64,000 bases of DNA from an uncultured bacterium (GTDB taxonomy: Bacteria; Oederibacteriota; PGYV01; CAWJRG01). A program made the position numbers and the translations under genes. The notes under the pieces were generated by a model that was not told the origin of the DNA, did no database searches, and saw nothing but the letters and a program-made list of their open reading frames with translations. Shown here one piece after another: positions 40,740 to 51,614 of the stretch. The DNA lies in contig CAWJRG010000009.1 in NCBI GenBank assembly GCA_963845185.1, positions 32,001 to 96,000 of the forward strand. The letters are read 5' to 3'. How positions within the stretch are numbered: position 1 is the first letter of the stretch; the number at the start of each line of letters is the position of its first letter.

Positions 40740-43700
40740 ATGAAAAAAATACTATTTGCAATGGTATTTTTGCCAATAACATTTTATGCTTTTGGACAAA
40801 ACCTTACATATACAAATACAAACGGCATGTGGGAATGGGATAGTAATGTAATTGGATATTATCAGCTTGGGACAAGTTCAATGATTGAGACCGTAAACGG
40901 ATATAACGCCTCGGTCGTAGGCACGTTAAGTTATTATACAAGCGGACCGAATGTGCCGCCAAATGCGTGGACATCGGGAAGCTGCACAAGCAGTGGGAAT
41001 TTCGGCGACTATATAATGTGGCAATCGGCCGTGAATTTCGTTTACGGGCCTTCCTCGACACAGCCGTTTTCAATTGAATGGTGGATGTATCTTGTGCCGG
41101 AATGGACCGAGGGTACGGATGCGCAGACAATTTATGCCACCAGTGACTGGATAGGAAATAATGCCGGATATAATTTTATCATGGACTGGCAAAATACGAC
41201 ATACCAGGCAAGGTACTGGTACTGGAATTTTATCGGGCAATGGAGTGACATATCCACCAGCGATGAAACTACATGGGAAGACTGGGCCGTTACTTACGAC
41301 GGCCAGGGCAATGTAAATATTTATAAAAACTGCAATTTTGTGAGGACGCTTCCCGTGTCGTCGGCGGAAAATGTATTTTACGAAATGTACAGCAATGATC
41401 CGAATGAATTTGTGATGTGGCTGGATTATTCCCAGGGTACCGAACGGCCGTTCACGGGGTATCTGGCTGATATAATCGTATCGAATGTCGCAAGAGTATG
41501 CGTGTCGCCGATACCTGTAACCCCGACGTTTACTGCGACAAATACATCTACGTATACGCCCACATTTACCGTAACAAACACGCCGACAGATACAATGACA
41601 CCAACTTATACAAATACGACGACATATACACCGACATGGACGCCGACATATACCGTGACGCCTACAAATACGCCACTACCGACTATTTGTATAGCATCAC
41701 CGGTACCAACTCCTTGTTTTATTTCAATCTGGGGCAGCGGGGGAATAGACAATGGGCTGTTTGGAAGCCCGTGGGGACTGGCAGTAAACAGCAGCGGCGA
41801 CGTGTTTGTAGCGGATTATACCAATGATTTAGTTGATGAACTCGGTCCGTCAGGAAACATTATGAATCAATGGAACGGCAATATAGCCGGAAGCGGCAAC
41901 GGGCCGTTTAGCGGGCCTGCCGGAATATCATTTGACAGCCTCGGGGACGTTTATGTTGTGGACTCGGATAATAACAGAGTCGAAGAGTTTAACAGCACGT
42001 TTACAACACTTATAGCACAATGGAATGGTTCCACAAGCGGTAGCGAGTTTAATTTCCCTCTTGGTGTAGCAGTAGATAGTAACGGAATGTATGTTGCAGA
42101 CTATGAAAATAACAGAATCGTAGAATTCAACAGTACAGGAGGATATGCGGGACAATGGAACGGTTCCGAAACCGGCAGCGGGCCGCTTGACGGCCCTGCT
42201 GCGGTAGCCGTGAACAGCGTCGGGGACGTTTATGTTGTAGACTCGGGTAATAACAGAATCGTAGAATTCAACCTTGGAGGAGCATATATAGCGCAATGGG
42301 ATTACGCCGGCCCCGGTAACGAGATGTTTAATTATCCTCTTGGAATAGCAATAGACGGCAGCGGAAATATGTATGTTGCGGATACGGATAATAACAGTAT
42401 CGAAGAATTTAACAGCGCAGGATGTTATACAGCACAATGGAGCACCGGAGCAAACACCAGCCCATGGGGAATAGCAGTAGACAACAGCGGTGACGTGTAT
42501 ATTTCGGATGCGGATAATGCAATAATCGAAAAATTCGGCCCGTGTGCGACATTTACAAATACGCCGACAAATACGTTTACATGCACCCCGACAGGTACCG
42601 CTACATTGACGTTGACGGGCACACCGACAGCAACGCCGACAGGTACAATAACCGAAACAAACACACCGACAAACACTCCGACGGCAACGGCGACATGGAC
42701 GCCGACAAATACGCCGACAAGTACGCAAACATATACAAATACACTGACGAGTTCACCAACATATACGAATACGCCAACAAGTACACCAACAAATACACCG
42801 ACAAGCACGCAAACATATACGGATACCCCGACGTGGACAGTTACAAAGACATCAACAAGTACACCGACATATACAGATACACCGACTGCAACCCCGACAT
42901 ACAGCCCAACTTATACGCCAACGTGGACGCGAACAAATACTTTGACTACATCGCCTACTTGGACGCCAACAAATACGAATACGCTGACATGGAACCCGAC
43001 AAATACAAGGACTTCTTCATTTACAAACACGGTTACACCAACTTGGACGACGACAAACACGCCGACAAGCACAAATACGCCTACATACACATTTACGCCG
43101 ACAAACACAAGAACACAGACAAATACGCTGACGAATACGCCTCTGCCGACAAACACATTCCCGCCGACATTTACAAATACCGTGACAGGAACGATTACGC
43201 CGACATATACAAATTCCCCGACATACACAATTACACCATCGTCAACAAATACAGGGACTTCGACATTTACGCCGACAAATACACCAAACTATACGCACAC
43301 GATTACGCCGACGAATTCACCGACATATACGAACACGCCGACAGGCACAAGGACACCGACATATACATATTCCCCGACAATAACAAAGACATCAACAAAT
43401 TCGCCAACAGGAACGCGTACACCTACATATACAACATCCCCGACAATTACAGTTTCACCGACGAATACGCCAACAGGCACAAGGACGTCTACATATACAT
43501 ATTCACCAACAGTTACAAAGACATCAACATGGACGCCGACAGGTACAAGGACACCGACATACACAATATCACCAACAATTACAATGACACCGACGATAAC
43601 GCTGACAGGAACAATAACATATACATATACAAATACGCTAACTTTCACTATTACACTTACTGTTACTTTAACGTTTACTGTAACGCCGACTATAGAATGC

Positions 43701-46700
43701 AATTATAATGTCTATAGCGATGCAACCGAAACTTATGTGGAATATGACGAGAATGGTAATTATTTAGACCAAGGAAACGCCGTCATAGTTACAGAAAAAC
43801 CAACTAACTGGACACTACCATGCGGCGGGGGAAACTGGATTTCAACTAATAACCAAGGTTCAACTGGCACAAGCGACACAAGCGGGAATAGGTTGGATTT
43901 TTCAAAAACTATTTCAATAGCACCTGGAATATATAATGCGTATATTTTAATGGCAGGCGATGATAATTTTAATATGACTATTAATGCTCCTTCCTATACT
44001 TTCTCTGATGTCGCGTATTGCGACGGTGAGCCCAACTGTGCCCCTGGCATGGGCGGATCATGTTATTGCAGTTGTGAGTATTTTACAGCTAATGGCGTTC
44101 CTGGCGGGACAATTAATATAGAAACCGAGGCTATCGATGTATATGGCTCTGATTACGGGGAGTCGTATTCAATTTGTTTCCAATTGGTGGCTACAGTGAC
44201 GATAACTCCGACATCCACAATATCGCCGACAATAACGCAGACTTATACAATAACGCCGACTTTTACGATTACAGGCACATTTACTCCAACTGCGACATCG
44301 ACCGATACGCCGACTACAACGCCTACATACAGCCCGACATGGACAGGGACATGGACGCCCACGAATACGCCGACGAGAACACCGACATGGACGCCGACAA
44401 ATACGCCGACTTCAAGCCCGACATTTACACTGACCTCGACGTACACATACACGGTGACGGATACATACACATTTACTTACACGGATACAAGCACGTATAC
44501 AGACACGCCAACATATACGATAACGCCTACGTATACAATTACTGTAACATTTACCAGGACAGCAACGCCGACATGGACACCGACAAATACGCCAACTTCA
44601 AGCCCGACAATCACAAAGACATCTACATATACGTACACGGTAACAGATACTTACACGTTTACTTATACGGATACAGCTACGTATACAGTGACGCCGACAT
44701 ATACGAAAACGCCTACCTGGACACCGACAATAACTGTAACGTCTACAAATTCACCGACATATACGAATTCACCGACAATTACAGATACAAGGACAGATAC
44801 GATGACACCGACACGCACCTACACCATAACCGACACTTATACATTTACGTATACCGTGACGCGTACAGATACGCCAACCTGGACGCCGACCATTTCGCCG
44901 ACACGTACAATAACAAAAACTTTCACGAACACGCCGGTAGTTTCAAGGACATGGACTGGGACAAGCACGCCAACGTATACAATCACGAGGACATCGACAG
45001 TTACATATACCATAACCGACACTTACACATTTACCTTTACCGTGACGCGCACAAACACGCAGACAATAACGCCGACTATAACAAAGACAAATACCAATAC
45101 ACCGACAAAGACAATATCGGCGACGTACACAAACTCACCGACGCTAACAGTTTCGTACACCATGACAGATACATATACATATACTTATACGGCAACACCA
45201 ACCAGAACACAGACGCCGACAAATACAATAACAATGACAATTACTGTTTCGCCTACGCCTACAATATCGCCGACAATAGCGATAAACCTTGTAATAATCA
45301 GTATAACAGTATCGCCGGCAAGCGCGGCAAGCGGGCAGGATATAACAGTAGTGATGCTGGTGCAGAATATAGGACAAAATACCGCGGATAACGTAGTACC
45401 GTCCAGGTTGTCGCTGTCCGGAGAAGGAAAGGCTGTACTGGTAAGCGGGCCAAGCCCTGCAAGCACGATAATAGCGGGAGGAGGCGCGCAGGCATCGTTC
45501 ACATGGGTGTATGCTATTGTAATATGCAACAATATGACATTCAGCGGGACAGTAAGCGGCACTGACGCGGTGGACGGAGCTGGCATGACAAGTGCGCCGG
45601 CAACAAGCAACGAATTCACATGCGCAACACCGACAATATCAGCCACATATACGCCGACAGCGACAAAGACCAGTGTCCCACCATGTTTGCAATATGAACT
45701 AAGTATGTACGGTACTACAACTGGGGACTCGTTTTTGATTGATTCAAGTAACAGGATAGTGATAACAGGGGGAATATCTACAGGAGGATTTGCAATTGAA
45801 AGGTTGTTTTTAAATGGTTCGCATGATACGAGTTTTGCAAACGCTGGTTATTACAATATATCATCGGGAACACTCATGAAGAGTCACGTGGCAATAGACT
45901 CAACCGGTGAAATAATAATTGCAACAGGCGCATGGTGGCAAAATGGTTTGGCAAATACCGGGGCAGCAATGCAGATATGGAAAATAAAAAGCAATGGCAG
46001 CGGCCAGGATTGGAATGTGTCGGTAAACGGATTGGCAGGAACCGGTTTGGACAATGGCACCACATGTGGCAATGGAATTGCCATAGACAGTTCAAACAAT
46101 ATTATTGTAGCGGGATGTCATTATAACGCTTCAGGAAACTGGGATGCTGTCGTATGGAGATTCCTGCCTAATGGCACGCTTGATACAACAAATTTTGGAG
46201 GAGGCAATGGCTATGTTGTTTTGGACAATATTGCGGGGACAGGGAGTAATGATTACGGCTGGGATGTGAAAATTGATTTAAATGGAAACATTGTTCTGAC
46301 GGGGATAAGTCAAAGTCAGGATTACACAACAACAGAAATGTTTACTGCCAGACTTCATTATGACGGAACAAAAGACAATACTTTTAGCGGAGGTCTTATT
46401 ACATCTCTTGTAGGTTCTGGTTCTGGTGGATATGCATTAACTATAACTGCGGATAATAGCGTAGTAGTTACAGGAGCAACAGGAGGTTTTAGTACTTTCG
46501 GTGTAGGCGGAGGCATGGCGGTATGGAAAATAAATAACGACGGTTCACCCAATACAAGTTTTAACGGCGGTTATAATACTTATAATCCAGGAAACCATAT
46601 GTACACTGGAAACTCTGTTGTTTTAGATAATTGCGGAAAAGTACTGATTGCAGGATTAGAGTCGGGTGTAGGGAACAATTCCTCTCAAGATATGGTAATA

Positions 46701-48377
46701 TGGAGATATAATTCTAACGGTAGCCCGGATAATACCTTTAATGGAGGAACAAATATTTATAACTTAAACGCCGGGGCAATGCCTGGCTATTGCATAAAAT
46801 ATGTTTCATCATCCGGAGAAATATTAGTATCAGGGAACACAGTTGCAGGTGTTGAATTGTGGAAATATGAAGATTTATGCGCGTGCAACGTTGACACACC
46901 AACTATTACACCAACACCAACATTTACTCCTGCATGTGTACCTACATGGCAGTATGTAGGAACAGAGGGTTTCTCGTCCGGCAGCGTGGAATTTACTTCA
47001 ATGGCCATGTACGGCATAACTCCATATATGGCATATATGGATTCCGGTGATAGTTCATATGCAAGTGTAATGCAATACTCATCAGGTGGAGGTTGGAGTT
47101 ATGTGGGAGGAAGTCGTGGAATTTCAGGGGTACCTGCACTTTACGAATCATTAGCTGTTGATAGCGCTACTGGAAATTTATATCTTGCCTTCGCAAATCC
47201 AGCGCAATCATGGGCATTGACAGTTATGGAATGTGTATCAGGAGTATGGAGTACATTAGTTTCTACCAGCTGTCAAGTCGGCACAACAACTCCTGATTGC
47301 ATCTCTGTATTTGTATACAACAGCATTCCTTATGTCGCATTCCAGAATATCAGTTCAAATGGTAATAAGGCCAAAGTAATAGAATATAATTCATCTGGAC
47401 CGTCATGGACGAATTTAGGCTATGCTTCTTCTGCAGAGGCGGATTATTTATCTTTAAATGTTGTAAATGTTGGCGGAACAGGAGTGCCTTATCTTGCATA
47501 TAAAGATAAAAGTATCTCAAATAACGGGCTCACTGTAATGGAATATTCGGGAACCCCAACTCCAAGCTGGAATAACGTCGGTGGAACAGGTGTATCGAGC
47601 GGACAGGCAAATTATATCTCAATGGATGTTATTGTGAATCCTTCAGGAACACCGGTACCGTATGTGTCATTCAGCAATCAAACAAGTGGAATCGGGGAAG
47701 TTATGGAATATAATAATTCAAGTTGGGGCATAGTGGGCAATAACCCATTTGCAACATCGACAAGTATTGGTTACACATCGTTGTTCGTCTATAACAATAT
47801 TCCTTATGTGGCTTATGAAGACAGCTCTCATAGCGGTAAAATGACTGTTATTAATTATACTGGAGGGACAAGCTGGAACACACTAGGAAGCCAGGATTTT
47901 ACTTCCGGTGATGCTCAATCAATAACGCTGCAAATAGACAGCAATGGAGTGCCTTATGTAGGATATGAGGATGGCGGTGATTCTAATTACGCATCTGTAA
48001 TGACCTTTTCATGTTCAGGAATGGCCGGAAAGGAAAATTATACTGGGCTTTTATCAAAACCAATACCTACCTCGACAGTAGTATACGAAAGTCTTGATGC
48101 AAAAAATGTATATTGTTTTCCAAACCCGAGCAAAGGCGAGACGACTATAAGGTTTCCCCTTGCAGAACCTTCAGACGTAAAATTAATTATTATGGATATA
48201 AACGGTAAAAGGGTATGGACGCATGATTTAAGCTCCAGCGAGACGCTAGCCGGAATAAATAAAATAATCTGGAACGGTGTTAATGATTCGGGTTTGCAGG
48301 TATCAAACGGAGTTTATTTGTTTGTGATTGAAGCAGGTAATAAAAGAGTTGAGAAAAAAATAGCAATTATAAAATAA
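40740..48377 (+). CDS. Giant secreted mucin-like protein: LamG-like, NHL propeller, Thr tracts, lectin-like, Ig-like, delta-60-like repeats, 7-repeat propeller, FlgD-Ig/Por-CTD-like end
   Basis: Signal peptide; FSIEWW..WAVTYDG..IYKN; P.GIAVDSSGDVYVAD repeats; RFLPNGTLDTTNFG repeats; YCFPNP..NGVYLFVI..KKIAIIK. Confidence 0.85.
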   Translation: MKKILFAMVFLPITFYAFGQNLTYTNTNGMWEWDSNVIGYYQLGTSSMIETVNGYNASVVGTLSYYTSGPNVPPNAWTSGSCTSSGNFGDYIMWQSAVNFVYGPSSTQPFSIEWWMYLVPEWTEGTDAQTIYATSDWIGNNAGYNFIMDWQNTTYQARYWYWNFIGQWSDISTSDETTWEDWAVTYDGQGNVNIYKNCNFVRTLPVSSAENVFYEMYSNDPNEFVMWLDYSQGTERPFTGYLADIIVSNVARVCVSPIPVTPTFTATNTSTYTPTFTVTNTPTDTMTPTYTNTTTYTPTWTPTYTVTPTNTPLPTICIASPVPTPCFISIWGSGGIDNGLFGSPWGLAVNSSGDVFVADYTNDLVDELGPSGNIMNQWNGNIAGSGNGPFSGPAGISFDSLGDVYVVDSDNNRVEEFNSTFTTLIAQWNGSTSGSEFNFPLGVAVDSNGMYVADYENNRIVEFNSTGGYAGQWNGSETGSGPLDGPAAVAVNSVGDVYVVDSGNNRIVEFNLGGAYIAQWDYAGPGNEMFNYPLGIAIDGSGNMYVADTDNNSIEEFNSAGCYTAQWSTGANTSPWGIAVDNSGDVYISDADNAIIEKFGPCATFTNTPTNTFTCTPTGTATLTLTGTPTATPTGTITETNTPTNTPTATATWTPTNTPTSTQTYTNTLTSSPTYTNTPTSTPTNTPTSTQTYTDTPTWTVTKTSTSTPTYTDTPTATPTYSPTYTPTWTRTNTLTTSPTWTPTNTNTLTWNPTNTRTSSFTNTVTPTWTTTNTPTSTNTPTYTFTPTNTRTQTNTLTNTPLPTNTFPPTFTNTVTGTITPTYTNSPTYTITPSSTNTGTSTFTPTNTPNYTHTITPTNSPTYTNTPTGTRTPTYTYSPTITKTSTNSPTGTRTPTYTTSPTITVSPTNTPTGTRTSTYTYSPTVTKTSTWTPTGTRTPTYTISPTITMTPTITLTGTITYTYTNTLTFTITLTVTLTFTVTPTIECNYNVYSDATETYVEYDENGNYLDQGNAVIVTEKPTNWTLPCGGGNWISTNNQGSTGTSDTSGNRLDFSKTISIAPGIYNAYILMAGDDNFNMTINAPSYTFSDVAYCDGEPNCAPGMGGSCYCSCEYFTANGVPGGTINIETEAIDVYGSDYGESYSICFQLVATVTITPTSTISPTITQTYTITPTFTITGTFTPTATSTDTPTTTPTYSPTWTGTWTPTNTPTRTPTWTPTNTPTSSPTFTLTSTYTYTVTDTYTFTYTDTSTYTDTPTYTITPTYTITVTFTRTATPTWTPTNTPTSSPTITKTSTYTYTVTDTYTFTYTDTATYTVTPTYTKTPTWTPTITVTSTNSPTYTNSPTITDTRTDTMTPTRTYTITDTYTFTYTVTRTDTPTWTPTISPTRTITKTFTNTPVVSRTWTGTSTPTYTITRTSTVTYTITDTYTFTFTVTRTNTQTITPTITKTNTNTPTKTISATYTNSPTLTVSYTMTDTYTYTYTATPTRTQTPTNTITMTITVSPTPTISPTIAINLVIISITVSPASAASGQDITVVMLVQNIGQNTADNVVPSRLSLSGEGKAVLVSGPSPASTIIAGGGAQASFTWVYAIVICNNMTFSGTVSGTDAVDGAGMTSAPATSNEFTCATPTISATYTPTATKTSVPPCLQYELSMYGTTTGDSFLIDSSNRIVITGGISTGGFAIERLFLNGSHDTSFANAGYYNISSGTLMKSHVAIDSTGEIIIATGAWWQNGLANTGAAMQIWKIKSNGSGQDWNVSVNGLAGTGLDNGTTCGNGIAIDSSNNIIVAGCHYNASGNWDAVVWRFLPNGTLDTTNFGGGNGYVVLDNIAGTGSNDYGWDVKIDLNGNIVLTGISQSQDYTTTEMFTARLHYDGTKDNTFSGGLITSLVGSGSGGYALTITADNSVVVTGATGGFSTFGVGGGMAVWKINNDGSPNTSFNGGYNTYNPGNHMYTGNSVVLDNCGKVLIAGLESGVGNNSSQDMVIWRYNSNGSPDNTFNGGTNIYNLNAGAMPGYCIKYVSSSGEILVSGNTVAGVELWKYEDLCACNVDTPTITPTPTFTPACVPTWQYVGTEGFSSGSVEFTSMAMYGITPYMAYMDSGDSSYASVMQYSSGGGWSYVGGSRGISGVPALYESLAVDSATGNLYLAFANPAQSWALTVMECVSGVWSTLVSTSCQVGTTTPDCISVFVYNSIPYVAFQNISSNGNKAKVIEYNSSGPSWTNLGYASSAEADYLSLNVVNVGGTGVPYLAYKDKSISNNGLTVMEYSGTPTPSWNNVGGTGVSSGQANYISMDVIVNPSGTPVPYVSFSNQTSGIGEVMEYNNSSWGIVGNNPFATSTSIGYTSLFVYNNIPYVAYEDSSHSGKMTVINYTGGTSWNTLGSQDFTSGDAQSITLQIDSNGVPYVGYEDGGDSNYASVMTFSCSGMAGKENYTGLLSKPIPTSTVVYESLDAKNVYCFPNPSKGETTIRFPLAEPSDVKLIIMDINGKRVWTHDLSSSETLAGINKIIWNGVNDSGLQVSNGVYLFVIEAGNKRVEKKIAIIK
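42545..43695 (+). repeat. Thr-x/TPT low-complexity coding tract
   Basis: Degenerate ACGCCGACA/TATACA/AATACG units encoding TPTxTx. Confidence 0.9.
44190..45280 (+). repeat. Thr-x/TPT low-complexity coding tract
   Basis: TYTYTVTDTYTFTYT and TPT units. Confidence 0.9.
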
Positions 48378-48491
48378 GAATTTGTTTGTAGATAAGGGAT
48401 CAATTAACAATTATAATAATTATTAATGAAAAAAATGTTCCTTTATGTTAAATTATTAATGCAAAGAATTTTATTAACATAAGAGGAAAAA

Positions 48492-50828
48492 ATGCTGAAA
48501 AAATACAAAGACCTAATATTGTTGTTAATCTGTCTTATTGCTATATTCCAATTATATCTTTACACTACATTTCCAGCCTTCAAAAATGACGATTCTCCTG
48601 AAACAACTACCAGCGCATTTACCCTTGGAATAAGCCGCCCGCCTGGTTATCCTCTGTTTACGATGCTTGGAAAGACATTTTCGTTATTACCTTTAGCTTC
48701 CCCGGCGTTCAGAATAAATTCATTGTCAATTTTTATATCAGTTATCATTTTATATTTAACTTATTTCTTAATTCGACGTAATATGAGTTTTATTTTTAAT
48801 TATGAAAAAAAACTGATAAATATATTTTCAGTCTTTGTGACGGCTTTTTCTTACATATATTGGAATCTGGCAATCGAAGCAAAAGGTGGAATATATATGC
48901 TTAATCTTTTGTTTCTGGCAATACTTCTTTATTTAAGTATCGAACTTTTTAAAACGTTTAACATTAAACAGATGTATTTAATGTCGTTTATATATGGCCT
49001 TTCACTTGCAAATCATTGGCCAAGTACCATAATACTTTTACCTGTTTTTGCCTATTTTTATGTAAAATATCGGCAAAAACTAACATTCAACAGAATGTTT
49101 AGTATTTCATTATTTTCGATACTGGGAATAAGTCCGTATATTTATTTGCCAATAAGAAGCAATGCCGATGGTATTTTTATTTTCATAACAAGATCAAACA
49201 CATGGGAAATGTTCTGGTGGACTGTTTTAAGGGGAGTTTATACTAATTTTCAGATGCAAACAATGGCGCCTTATATAGACCAGATAAAAGAATTTGTAAC
49301 TTTATTTTTAAACAATTTTACATTTATTTGGATTTTATTTTTATTTGGAGCTTATATAATATTCAAAAAAAACAAAAAACTTCTTTTTTTTTATTTTGCC
49401 GCTTTTTTAATAATTGTTTTTATGGTTGTGATTTATAACCGCAGTTCCAAAGAAAACTTGTGGGTACTTGAAAATTTTCTGTTACCGGCTGAATATCTTT
49501 TGATAATTCCAATAACAGCAGGAGTTTATTTTATTATTGAAATTTTGAAAAACAAAAAATTTTCTTTATTATTTATTTCTTTGTTTGTTTGTGCAATTCT
49601 AAATTTAGGGTTTAGATCTTTAAAAGCCAATTACCAAAGATATAACTATTTATCCTATGACTTTGGAAATAATGAACTAGTTACAATGGAAAAAGACAGT
49701 ATTTACATTCCTTTTAGTGATTTCTACGGCATGCCTCTTAGTTATTTGCAGATGGTGGAACATAAAACTGATGATTTTAACATATACATGCTATATAATT
49801 TATCAAATCAAGGAATTGCAAAAAAATTTGGCAGGGATTATTTAAAAAATGATAAAATTGAAATAAATATTGAGGATTTGACAGAAAGATATTATGGAAA
49901 AAGCAATGTTTATTTTTCAGATTACCGCAAAGAACTGATAAAAAATCCTGATAAAAATGTAACCTTAAAAATAAAAGGATTATTATTTAAAATTGCCAAT
50001 ATAAACGACTATATACCCCCGTGGATATTTAAAAATTATGCATATAGAGGCATATTTAATGTCAATAATGATTATGACAAAACGCTTATCTCGAAGTACA
50101 GCAGCCAACTTAATAATCAAGGTTATGATTTACTTATGATAAAAAAGTATGATAAAGCCATTGAAACATTCAAGTATGCATTGCTTTTTCCAGACAACCC
50201 ATATAAAATTAATACTTATTTTAATTTATTTACTGTTTATAAAGAGCTAAATGATGAAGATAATGAGATAAAATGCCTTAAATCAATGGTCAAGATAAAA
50301 CAGGATTATTTTAAAGCGTATGAAATTTTAGGCATGATCTATTATAATGAAAAACTTTGGATTCCTGCAAAAGTAATGTTTGAAAAAGCAGTGCAATATG
50401 ACAGTGAAAATAGCGTTACGTTTCAACAATATGTAAATCAAATAGGTGATGCAAATACATATTCACAATATAAAGTGCTATCCGACCAGGCTGCTGCATT
50501 TGTGACTTCTGGCAGGTATTTAAAAGCACTTGATTTATTCGAATTTTTACTTGAGCAAAATTACGCAACGGGTGAAGTATATAAAAATATGGGGATATGT
50601 AATTTAAAAATCAATAATTTTGAAGAATCATTAAAGTATTTTCAGAAAGCATTGGAAATGGATAAAAGTGTCGAAAATTTTATCAATATCGCTAATACAT
50701 ATAATAAACTAGGACAATCGGATAAAGCATTAAATACCTTAAGAGAAGAAATGCAAACCGTTGGCAATGACCCTCAACTGGTGAATTTATATAATCAAAT
50801 TGAACAAACGAAAAATAAAACAAAATAG
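48492..50828 (+). CDS. DUF2723/TMEM260-like GT-C glycosyltransferase with C-terminal TPRs (copy 1)
   Basis: DDSPE..LGISRPPGYPL, YGLSLANH, YIYLPIRS; TPR-like helices. Confidence 0.82.
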   Translation: MLKKYKDLILLLICLIAIFQLYLYTTFPAFKNDDSPETTTSAFTLGISRPPGYPLFTMLGKTFSLLPLASPAFRINSLSIFISVIILYLTYFLIRRNMSFIFNYEKKLINIFSVFVTAFSYIYWNLAIEAKGGIYMLNLLFLAILLYLSIELFKTFNIKQMYLMSFIYGLSLANHWPSTIILLPVFAYFYVKYRQKLTFNRMFSISLFSILGISPYIYLPIRSNADGIFIFITRSNTWEMFWWTVLRGVYTNFQMQTMAPYIDQIKEFVTLFLNNFTFIWILFLFGAYIIFKKNKKLLFFYFAAFLIIVFMVVIYNRSSKENLWVLENFLLPAEYLLIIPITAGVYFIIEILKNKKFSLLFISLFVCAILNLGFRSLKANYQRYNYLSYDFGNNELVTMEKDSIYIPFSDFYGMPLSYLQMVEHKTDDFNIYMLYNLSNQGIAKKFGRDYLKNDKIEINIEDLTERYYGKSNVYFSDYRKELIKNPDKNVTLKIKGLLFKIANINDYIPPWIFKNYAYRGIFNVNNDYDKTLISKYSSQLNNQGYDLLMIKKYDKAIETFKYALLFPDNPYKINTYFNLFTVYKELNDEDNEIKCLKSMVKIKQDYFKAYEILGMIYYNEKLWIPAKVMFEKAVQYDSENSVTFQQYVNQIGDANTYSQYKVLSDQAAAFVTSGRYLKALDLFEFLLEQNYATGEVYKNMGICNLKINNFEESLKYFQKALEMDKSVENFINIANTYNKLGQSDKALNTLREEMQTVGNDPQLVNLYNQIEQTKNKTK

Positions 50829-50840
50829 TAGGTAATCTAG

Positions 50841-51269
50841 TTATTTCTTCACATTAGCCGTATTTGAAGTTCCGTTCGTATTACTTTCAAGCTGCTTTAC
50901 CCACGCGTTATATTCAGGCTCGACTTCTTTCAAACGTTCCCTTGCTTTTTTCACCCACTCACTTTCCGGAGGAGTAAACAAATCAACGACAGTCTTGTAA
51001 GCTACATAAGCGTTTTTGAGGGAATTGTCGTCCATAAGGAACTCATATTCAAGTTCGGTTATTTTCTTTTTATCAAGTTCGTCTTTGTAATAAGCCGCTT
51101 TTGCGTCGGGATTCTTGTAAAAATTAAGGAATTTCTCGCCTTCCAGATATTCATGCTTTGCCCTTCTCATAACATCTAAATCAGCCAATGCGAAAAATAT
51201 TATTAATGTAATTACTACCAATCCGGCTATAAAAAGATATTCCTTGTTCTTTTCCTTGTTTTCAAACAT
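50841..51269 (-). CDS. Hypothetical single-TM protein with helical body
   Basis: AAGGAGG RBS before ATG 51269; N-terminal TM. Confidence 0.7.
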   Translation of the reverse strand: MFENKEKNKEYLFIAGLVVITLIIFFALADLDVMRRAKHEYLEGEKFLNFYKNPDAKAAYYKDELDKKKITELEYEFLMDDNSLKNAYVAYKTVVDLFTPPESEWVKKARERLKEVEPEYNAWVKQLESNTNGTSNTANVKK

Positions 51270-51282
51270 GATTTCGGCCTCC

Positions 51283-51380
51283 TTAGAGCCCGTTGATTTT
51301 GCCAAGCGTCAACAGTGAAGGCAAAATTTTACGGGGTCTTATACCCGCTCAAGTCCGGTTTCTATACGGACAAGCGGTAT
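51283..51380. repeat. Two-hairpin intergenic element, copy 2
   Basis: AGAGCCCGTTGATTTTGCC...GGCAAAATTTTACGGGGTCTTATACCCGCTCAAGTCCG...CGGACAAGCGGTAT. Confidence 0.85.
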
Positions 51381-51604
51381 TACTCGTCCCAGCCTATCAA
51401 TATACCGACAGCAACAAGTATGTACCCGCCTATTATAAGTATCGGCGATACGGCTCCTACCCAGTTAGACGCATCTGCGTTTACTTTGGTCAGGATATAG
51501 TACCCAAGTACCAGAATAGCTATGGCCACGCCTATGACATAAAGGCCGTTTTTGTTTTTGCCTGCAACTTTTTGCTGGTTTTCTACCGGCTTATTTTCTT
51601 CCAT
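51380..51604 (-). CDS. Small two-TM membrane protein (DUF3098-like by eye)
   Basis: AGGAGG RBS; two hydrophobic segments, SPILIIGGY. Confidence 0.65.
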   Translation of the reverse strand: MEENKPVENQQKVAGKNKNGLYVIGVAIAILVLGYYILTKVNADASNWVGAVSPILIIGGYILVAVGILIGWDE

Positions 51605-51614
51605 TGTAACCTCC

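Noticed and set aside
42542..45391. Long alternative-frame ORFs (42542..43708, 44174..45391) and antisense Val/Gly-rich ORFs
   Set aside because: Shadows of ACN-rich Thr codons, which rarely create stops in other frames; no RBS or domain signal
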